IMG/VR virus record: IMGVR_UViG_2740892432_000002
Coordinates: 1 to 6,210 of that record
Source: a virus
Lineage: Duplodnaviria > Heunggongvirae > Uroviricota > Caudoviricetes
Direction: 5' to 3' (one strand)
Length of the DNA: 6,210 nt
Below are positions 1-4,571 of the stretch, in pieces; the stretch's first letter is position 1; every line of letters starts with the position of its first letter. Under the pieces are notes generated by a model. The model worked only from the letters and a program-made list of their open reading frames with translations. It did not search any database and was not told the origin of the DNA. The translations under genes were made by a program, and so were the position numbers.

Positions 1-8
1 AGAGACCC

Positions 9-30
9 GGCGGGGGAGAAATCCCCCGCC
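9..30 (+). other. Stable GC-rich hairpin (GGCGGGGGA / GAAA loop / TCCCCCGCC), no U-tract on either strand
   Basis: Perfect 9-bp inverted repeat with a GNRA-type GAAA tetraloop read directly from the sequence. Flanks are not T-rich on either strand, so it is not a canonical intrinsic terminator. Confidence 0.5.
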
Positions 31-69
31 ACCTCTGATGTGTCAGGCATCCTCAACGCACCCGTACTT

Positions 70-93
70 ACCCGCTTCGGCGGGTTTTTTGTT
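70..93 (+). terminator. Rho-independent terminator (ACCCGC / TTCG loop / GCGGGT followed by TTTTTTGTTGT)
   Basis: GC stem with a UUCG-type tetraloop immediately followed by a T6 run. It lies upstream of the first ORF, consistent with the end of an upstream transcription unit (tR-like terminator in a nin-type region). Confidence 0.65.
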
Positions 94-246
94 GTGGTGG
101 AGAAATTAGCTTTTTGTGTACTCTTTTAGCAGTAAGTCTTGAGGGACTGACTGTTGTAAATAGAATCGTGTTTGCTTAGTTAGCGCGCAGGGAGAAGAGG
201 GATGGACCCTTCAGGGGAACGCTATTAATCTGGAAAATTTCTATTT

Positions 247-507
247 ATGGATTTCAAGAAGTTGCGCAAAATTTTTAATAAAGATGGTCTCTATGCTGTG
301 CGCGTTGAAAATGGGGAAATTATTAGTTGTTACTGCATTCATTGCTCACGGGCTTTGCAACAGCCTAGTGGGGCTATGTTAATATATCTCTTGAATGGGC
401 ATGTGACGGACGGATTTATGTTGCGTGAAGATGAATTTGTCACATCATTACGGACATTAAAAGAAATTGGATTAAAAGCTGGCTTTTCTGCTTTTGAAGA
501 CGATTGA
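247..507 (+). CDS. Hypothetical small protein (86 aa), AT-rich codon usage
   Basis: ATG-initiated ORF from the six-frame track. Its stop TGA (505-507) overlaps the TTG at 504 of the next ORF, suggesting operon packing. Only a weak SD-like GGAAAA lies upstream and I recognise no family. Confidence 0.45.
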   Translation: MDFKKLRKIFNKDGLYAVRVENGEIISCYCIHCSRALQQPSGAMLIYLLNGHVTDGFMLREDEFVTSLRTLKEIGLKAGFSAFEDD

Positions 508-584
508 ACTCATCTACAATTCAGCGCAGGGTTGACCCCCTGCTGAGTAACACCGTGCCACCGGAGAAAGCCGATGGCAAGCCG

Positions 585-1184
585 ATGGCACATATACAAC
601 TGATCAAACATACCTCTTCTGGATTACTGCTCCCGGCAACACCGGAGAGTTGCGAATTCTTGCATCAAATAAAAATAGGTGAGTGGATACACGCTGATTT
701 TAAGCGCGTTCGTAACTACGCATTTCACAAGCGTTTTTTCAAACTCCTGCAACTCGGATTCGATTATTGGACTCCTGTCGGTGGGGCGATCACCTCTCGT
801 GAACGAAAACTTGTGTCCGGTTTCGTTGATTATCTGTGTGACTCGGTCGGCCGGGAACATACGCCAGCCCTGAGTGATGCCGCAGAACAATATCTGAATA
901 CCATTGCGATACGCAGAACCTGTGATACGGCATTGCTAAAGTCATTTGATGCTTTCCGTGAATGGGTAACTATTGAGGCCGGATTTTACACCGAGCATTT
1001 TTATCCGGACGGTAGCCGTGGACGCAGGGCAAGATCTATCGCGTTTGCAAATATGGACGATACCGAGTTTCAGCAGGTTTATAAATCCGTACTGAATGTG
1101 CTGTGGAACTGGATCCTGTTCCGTAAATTTTCCTCTCCGGAGGAAGTCGAAAATGTGGCCGCACAGTTACTGGAGTTTGCGTAA
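585..1184 (+). CDS. Lambdoid nin-region protein, DUF1367-like (about 199 aa from ATG 585; the ORF is open from TTG 504)
   Basis: Long + strand ORF directly upstream of a YbcO-like gene and a Q-like gene, a gene order I recall from lambdoid prophages. First in-frame ATG is at 585; the GGAG at 562-565 is rather far from it, so the start is uncertain (alternatives TTG 504, GTG 555). Stop TAA 1182-1184 overlaps the next ATG by 1 nt. Confidence 0.7.
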   Translation: MAHIQLIKHTSSGLLLPATPESCEFLHQIKIGEWIHADFKRVRNYAFHKRFFKLLQLGFDYWTPVGGAITSRERKLVSGFVDYLCDSVGREHTPALSDAAEQYLNTIAIRRTCDTALLKSFDAFREWVTIEAGFYTEHFYPDGSRGRRARSIAFANMDDTEFQQVYKSVLNVLWNWILFRKFSSPEEVENVAAQLLEFA

Positions 1185-1474
1185 TGGTGGATTTACGTAA
1201 AGCGGCGCGGGGGCAGATGTGCACCGTCAGAATTCCTGGCTACTGCAATCACAATCCCGAAACATCTGTGCTGGCGCATTATAGGCTGGCGGGGACGTGC
1301 GGAACAGCGACAAAACCACACGATATGCAGGCAGCGATTGCCTGTAGCTCATGCCACGATTTAATCGACGGGCGGGTAAAAACCAGCGATTACACCAAAG
1401 AAGAATTACGCCTGATGCATGCAGAAGGTGTTTTTCGCACACAAGAAATCTGGAGAAAGGAAGGTTATTTATGA
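1184..1474 (+). CDS. YbcO-like (DUF1364) Cys-rich putative nuclease or zinc-binding protein, 96 aa
   Basis: 96-aa ORF containing several Cys plus a CSSCHD motif; size and position match the YbcO family found just upstream of Q in lambdoid prophages. Start ATG overlaps the upstream stop (TAATG) and its stop overlaps the Q start (ATGA), indicating translational coupling. Confidence 0.75.
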   Translation: MVDLRKAARGQMCTVRIPGYCNHNPETSVLAHYRLAGTCGTATKPHDMQAAIACSSCHDLIDGRVKTSDYTKEELRLMHAEGVFRTQEIWRKEGYL

Positions 1475-2013
1475 TTTACCCAACAAATACAGGCAAAAGC
1501 GGGGAACACCTTCGTCTCACCACGCTGGAAAGTGTCTGGATTCAGGGAAAACTGCGCATGTGGGGGCGCTGGTCGTATATTGGCGGCGGTAAGACGGGAA
1601 ATATGTTTAACCAGTTGCTGGCATCCAAAAAATTGACGAAAACAGCCGTCAATGAAGCCCTGCGCAGGATGAAAAAAGCGGGAATAGAGAAACCTGAGCT
1701 GGAAGCGTTTTTGCGAGAGATGATCAATGGCAAGCAAAAGACCTGGCTGGCGCATTGTACTGATGCAGAGGCGTTATGTATTGATAGAGTCATAAGTGAG
1801 GTGCTGGCAGAGCATCCTGGATTGATTAGTGTCCTCCGGCAACGGTATGAAGGACGGGGGATGACTAAGCGCAAAATGGCTGAATTGCTAAATGATGCAC
1901 ATCCTGAGTGGTGTTTTAGCACATGCGAAAAGCGAATTGCTAATTGGTTGGCTGTTGCTGAGTATGCCCTATATATTCCCATGCGAGAATCATTTGCTCA
2001 AAAAATAGCTTGA
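1471..2013 (+). CDS. Q-like late-gene antitermination protein (180 aa)
   Basis: Last gene before a terminator hairpin and the lysis cassette. Start ATG 1471 has an SD (GGAGAAAGGAAGG) 6 nt upstream and overlaps the upstream stop (ATGA). C-terminal half carries a four-Cys pattern (C-x7-C ... C-x3-C) compatible with the zinc-binding domain of Q proteins. The six-frame track's longer ORF from 1351 overlaps the upstream gene and is treated as a read-through artefact. Confidence 0.7.
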   Translation: MIYPTNTGKSGEHLRLTTLESVWIQGKLRMWGRWSYIGGGKTGNMFNQLLASKKLTKTAVNEALRRMKKAGIEKPELEAFLREMINGKQKTWLAHCTDAEALCIDRVISEVLAEHPGLISVLRQRYEGRGMTKRKMAELLNDAHPEWCFSTCEKRIANWLAVAEYALYIPMRESFAQKIA

Positions 2014-2096
2014 TTTTTTACGCATAAACTGCTTCAATTCCGGTATGCTTCGCAAAGCTGTATCGCGAGGCGAACCAAGCGCATGAACTTTACCAG
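2014..2096 (+). promoter_or_regulatory. Putative late promoter (PR'-like) and Q-utilisation region; exact -35/-10 not resolved
   Basis: Interval between the Q stop and the tR'-like hairpin, where lambdoid phages place PR' and qut. Only weak candidates were found (TTGATT at 2010-2015 with TTCAAT at 2033-2038). Call is by position, not a strong motif. Confidence 0.3.
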
Positions 2097-2125
2097 AACC
2101 CGCCATTGAGCGGGTTTTGTTGTTT
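2097..2125 (+). terminator. tR'-like rho-independent terminator (AACCCGC / CATTGA loop / GCGGGTT followed by TTGTTGTTT)
   Basis: 7-bp GC-rich stem followed by a T-rich tract about 85 nt downstream of the Q stop, the expected position of the terminator that Q-modified RNA polymerase reads through. Confidence 0.65.
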
Positions 2126-2197
2126 CTGGTACTGGCGAACCTGATGTTTCATTTCTGGAGCGCGATTCCTGGCGGAATACCTAGAATCGAGACATTC

Positions 2198-2206
2198 TGG
2201 TAAAAT
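2198..2206 (+). promoter_or_regulatory. Candidate extended -10 promoter (TGg-TAAAAT) for the moron gene
   Basis: TGn immediately upstream of a near-consensus -10 hexamer TAAAAT (2201-2206), about 28 nt before ATG 2235, which has a strong SD (GGAGGTGAG at 2226-2234). No good -35, as is typical of extended -10 promoters. Confidence 0.4.
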
Positions 2207-2234
2207 TGTTTTCAGTACAGGATGTGGAGGTGAG

Positions 2235-2804
2235 ATGAGAGAACTACCTAAAGATTATTTTTTAGGAGTAGATGATGAGCTCGTCGATTATCTTGAAAAA
2301 CAAGGGGAAGAGACGATACGAGAGATTCATCTTTCTAACAAAACCAATGTTGAGAATGGATACAAACTTCTGAACATTCAGATTGTTGGAATTGGTTCAT
2401 CTTTTTTATTGCTGACACAGAAAACTAATTTCGATTTTCTCACCGCCGGAATTACCACATTTACATTACTATGGACATGGTGCGCCATTTACTTGGTATG
2501 TACTGGTTTATCTGTGAAGGTTAGGGGCCTGATCAATGCCCCTCCTGATCATCTATATCATGAAAAATATAAGGATATGGAGCCCTCGAGCTTTAAAATA
2601 TTCGCTGATGCAGGATATTTAGGACCTGATAAGTTATTGCCGCTTATACGAAGGTATCGCCTTGTTGACTTGAGTGATACAGCAAGAGAGTTACTGTTGG
2701 AAAATGAGAAAATCCGCACGAGTCTCGATAAAGCAAGGATGTATACCATCCTTGCTCCGGTAGCGGCGATGTTTATCTCGGCTGTTTTTTTATATGTTCA
2801 ATGA
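2235..2804 (+). CDS. Hypothetical membrane protein, 189 aa, three predicted TM helices; moron between Q/tR' and holin
   Basis: ATG with a strong SD 4 nt upstream. Hydrophobic segments at roughly residues 46-63, 70-92 and 171-189 (C-terminal YTILAPVAAMFISAVFLYV). Acidic N-terminal segment of about 45 aa. Visibly more AT-rich than the flanking phage genes. I recognise no family. Confidence 0.65.
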   Translation: MRELPKDYFLGVDDELVDYLEKQGEETIREIHLSNKTNVENGYKLLNIQIVGIGSSFLLLTQKTNFDFLTAGITTFTLLWTWCAIYLVCTGLSVKVRGLINAPPDHLYHEKYKDMEPSSFKIFADAGYLGPDKLLPLIRRYRLVDLSDTARELLLENEKIRTSLDKARMYTILAPVAAMFISAVFLYVQ

Positions 2805-2934
2805 CTGAGTCGGCAGAATCTCCAACAAAAACACGACGTGTAGCAAAGTCTGTAGTACTTTGTGTTGGAGTTGGTTTTGGTGCCACGGGTTGCTGAGGTT
2901 TATTTTCACCTTGTGGTTTGTTTTTTTCAGACAT
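2773..2934 (-). CDS. Small hypothetical protein, 53 aa (MSEKNKPQGENKPQQPVAPKPTPTQSTTDFATRRVFVGDSADSVIEHIKKQPR), convergent with the moron gene
   Basis: ATG at 2934-2932 (- strand) with SD AGAGGA about 7 nt upstream. A plausible sigma70 -10 (TATATA/TATACT) lies upstream on the - strand near 2990-2998. The six-frame ORF (2773-3165) extends further 5' but the first SD-preceded ATG gives 53 aa. Pro/Gln-rich low-complexity N-terminus; overlaps the 3' end of the 189-aa gene by about 30 nt. Could be spurious. Confidence 0.3.
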   Translation of the reverse strand: MSEKNKPQGENKPQQPVAPKPTPTQSTTDFATRRVFVGDSADSVIEHIKKQPR

Positions 2935-3028
2935 AAAAATCCTCTTTGTTTGAATTGTTACTTTTGGCGATTTAACGATATCAAACACGAGTATATACCG
3001 CCAGAAGCTTAATCTGGCACTCCATCTG

Positions 3029-3056
3029 GCCCCGGCATGTCCCGGGGCTTTTTCGT
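3029..3056 (+). terminator. Rho-independent terminator (GCCCCGG / CATGTC loop / CCGGGGC followed by TTTTTCGTTGTT)
   Basis: Perfect 7-bp GC stem followed by a T5 run on the + strand, about 95 nt upstream of the holin start. It is oriented to stop + strand transcription from the moron promoter before the lysis genes. The - strand flank is not T-rich, so it is unidirectional. Confidence 0.65.
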
Positions 3057-3151
3057 TGTTAGGCTCCGGAAAGATCCTCGACTTCTTGTTAGCAAGCCTG
3101 AGAGCCTGAATCTTACACTTAGCACCATCCGAACTCTCGGAGGTGAGGCTT

Positions 3152-3493
3152 ATGAAAATGCACAATGCCCCTCATTCCTGGCCTGACTTACTGGAACTCT
3201 TACAAAGTTGGTGGCGTGGAGATACGCCGCTGGGTGCAGTGGTTATGTCAATTATTATGGCTGGTTTGCGCATTGCCTATTTTGGCGGTGGCGGCGGCTG
3301 GAAACGAAAAACGCTTGAGATTCTGCTTTGTGGTGCTCTGACGCTGACCTTTGCATCCGCGCTTGAGTATGTCGGATGGCCTAAATCACTTTCTGTTGCC
3401 ATTGGTGGTGGGGTGGGGCTGATTGGTGTTGATGCTATTCGTGGTGCGGCAATGAGGGTCATCGGTAACAAGTTCGGTGCCCATAAGGAGTAA
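3152..3493 (+). CDS. Holin (three predicted TM helices, MKM dual-start motif); not lambda S-like in sequence
   Basis: Sits immediately upstream of the endolysin (stop TAA 3491-3493, R ATG 3497). SD GGAGG at 3139-3143 is 8 nt before ATG 3152, and a second Met follows at codon 3 (M-K-M), as in the lambda S107/S105 holin/antiholin arrangement. An in-frame GTG at 3143 would give MRLMKM. Three hydrophobic helices and a charged C-terminus (RGAAMRVIGNKFGAHKE). Confidence 0.8.
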   Translation: MKMHNAPHSWPDLLELLQSWWRGDTPLGAVVMSIIMAGLRIAYFGGGGGWKRKTLEILLCGALTLTFASALEYVGWPKSLSVAIGGGVGLIGVDAIRGAAMRVIGNKFGAHKE

Positions 3494-3496
3494 TTA

Positions 3497-3973
3497 ATGC
3501 AGACACTTAATTCCCAGCGTAAAGCTTTCCTTGATATGGTGGCATGGTCAGAAGGAACAGATAACGGACGGCAGAAAACCAGAAATCACGGTTATGATGT
3601 TATTGTCGGTGGCGAACTGTTCACTGATTACTCCGATCACCCCCGCAAACTTGTCACGCTAAATCCGAAACTCAAATCAACAGCCGCTGGACGTTACCAG
3701 CTTCTTTCACGCTGGTGGGATGCCTACCGCAAGCAACTTGGCCTGAAAGATTTTTCTCCAGAAAGTCAGGATGCTGTAGCGCTGCAGCAGATTAAAGAGC
3801 GTGGCGCTTTGCCGATGATTGATCGCGGTGATATCCGTCAGGCTATCGACCGTTGCAGCAATATATGGGCTTCACTGCCGGGCGCTGGTTATGGTCAGTT
3901 CGAGCATAAGGCTGACAGTCTGATTGCAAAATTCAAAGAAGCTGGCGGAACGGTCAGAGAGATTGAGGTATGA
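3497..3973 (+). CDS. R: Endolysin, lambda R-type lytic transglycosylase (158 aa)
   Basis: Translation is near-identical over most of its length to lambda R as I recall it ([55 protein letters not shown]...REI.V); only the first ~6 residues differ. Perfect SD AAGGAG 6 nt upstream. Stop overlaps the Rz start (ATGA at 3970-3973). Confidence 0.95.
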   Translation: MQTLNSQRKAFLDMVAWSEGTDNGRQKTRNHGYDVIVGGELFTDYSDHPRKLVTLNPKLKSTAAGRYQLLSRWWDAYRKQLGLKDFSPESQDAVALQQIKERGALPMIDRGDIRQAIDRCSNIWASLPGAGYGQFEHKADSLIAKFKEAGGTVREIEV

Positions 3974-4434
3974 GCAGAGTAACCGCGATTATCTCCGCTC
4001 TGGTTATCTGCATCGTCGTCTGCCTGTCATGGGGTGTTAATCATTACCGTGATAACGCCATCGCCTACAAAGAACAGCGCGACAAAAATGCCAGAGAACT
4101 GAAGCTGGCGAACGCGGCAATTACTGACATGCAGATGCGTCAGCGTGATGTTGCTGCGCTCGATGCAAAATACACGAAGGAGTTAGCTGATGCGAAAGCT
4201 GAAAATGATGTTCTGCGTGATGATGTTGCCGCTGGTCGTCGTCGGTTGCACATCAAAGCAGTCTGTCAGTCAGTGCGTGAAGCCACCACCGCCTCCGGCG
4301 TGGATAATGCAGCCTCCCCCCGACTGGCAGACACCGCTGAACGGGATTATTTCACCCTCCGGGAACGACTGGTAATGATGCAGGCCCAACTTGAAGGTGC
4401 TCAGCAATACATAACCGAGCAGTGTTTAAAGTAA
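3970..4434 (+). CDS. Rz: Rz i-spanin (inner-membrane spanin subunit), 154 aa
   Basis: N-terminal TM helix ([16 protein letters not shown]) followed by a charged, coiled-coil-like periplasmic domain. Near-identical to lambda Rz from memory. Position after R and the embedded Rz1 confirm the call. Confidence 0.95.
   Translation: MSRVTAIISALVICIVVCLSWGVNHYRDNAIAYKEQRDKNARELKLANAAITDMQMRQRDVAALDAKYTKELADAKAENDVLRDDVAAGRRRLHIKAVCQSVREATTASGVDNAASPRLADTAERDYFTLRERLVMMQAQLEGAQQYITEQCLK
4190..4375 (+). CDS. Rz1: Rz1 o-spanin lipoprotein (61 aa), fully embedded in the +1 frame of Rz
   Basis: Signal peptide with lipobox (LVVVGC), then a Pro-rich mature region ([18 protein letters not shown]). Matches lambda Rz1 and the Rac RzoR as I recall them. 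Classic embedded-gene architecture. Confidence 0.9.
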   Translation: MRKLKMMFCVMMLPLVVVGCTSKQSVSQCVKPPPPPAWIMQPPPDWQTPLNGIISPSGNDW

Positions 4435-4514
4435 AATCTTAACTACAATATGATTCATTTTGATGATTGTTTCATAAGGAACAGTGAAGTAAGATCTAAG
4501 AGGAGTTAAATTTT

Positions 4515-4554
4515 ATACAGTATAATCATAATATTGCAGCAAGGTGGTTATAAT
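4515..4554 (+). promoter_or_regulatory. AT-rich putative promoter region for trkG (two consensus TATAAT hexamers at 4521-4526 and 4549-4554)
   Basis: Two perfect -10 hexamers in the very AT-rich intergenic region between Rz and trkG. No convincing -35 was found. Call is by motif only. Confidence 0.3.
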
Positions 4555-4571
4555 TGAAAGAATATTTAGAT

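Noticed and set aside
9-30. Reading the GAAA-loop hairpin as a nut/boxB-like N-utilisation site
   Set aside because: No adjacent boxA-like motif, and the location (nin region, far from the early promoters) is wrong for nutL/nutR; kept only as an unexplained hairpin.
203-229. 8-codon mini-ORF (MDPSGERY) with a strong SD (GGGAGAAGAGGG) upstream of the 86-aa ORF
   Set aside because: Too short to support as a gene from sequence alone. It could be a leader peptide, but there is no attenuator-like structure downstream.
624-890. - strand 88-aa ORF and + strand 64-aa ORF (679-873) inside the DUF1367-like gene
   Set aside because: Both are fully embedded in or antisense to a longer, better-supported CDS, with no SD and no independent signal; typical shadow ORFs.
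1036-1442. - strand ORFs 1036-1224 and 1227-1442
   Set aside because: Antisense to the tightly packed, translationally coupled + strand nin-region genes, with no start context; treated as frame shadows.
1351-1470. N-terminal extension of the Q ORF back to ATG 1351
   Set aside because: It would overlap the YbcO-like gene by 120 nt in another frame. ATG 1471 has a strong SD and the ATGA stop-start overlap typical of coupled phage genes.
1465-1982. - strand ORFs 1465-1755 (96 aa) and 1542-1982 (146 aa) antisense to Q
   Set aside because: Antisense to a gene with clear start context; Ser/Cys/Arg-rich low-complexity translations typical of reverse-frame artefacts.
2558-2749. - strand 63-aa ORF inside the 189-aa moron gene
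   Set aside because: Embedded antisense ORF with no SD; the + strand gene has far better start signals.
2235-2804. Shiga-toxin-like or other AB-toxin cargo at the Q-S junction
   Set aside because: Stx phages carry stxAB at this locus, but this single 189-aa ORF has three TM helices, no signal peptide and no A/B-subunit organisation.
2818-2876. 8-bp inverted repeat (CTCCAACA ... TGTTGGAG) and small palindrome CACGACGTG
   Set aside because: Short arms with a loop of about 35 nt and no flanking T-run; within chance expectation and inside the candidate small ORF.
2773-3165. Long (130-aa) version of the - strand ORF
   Set aside because: Its 5' part would run through the + strand terminator hairpin and the holin SD region with no start signals. 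Only the 53-aa version from the SD-preceded ATG at 2934 is retained, at low confidence.
3277-3471. - strand 64-aa Pro-rich ORF inside the holin gene
   Set aside because: Antisense shadow of the Gly-rich holin coding sequence (GGN codons read as NCC/Pro on the opposite strand).
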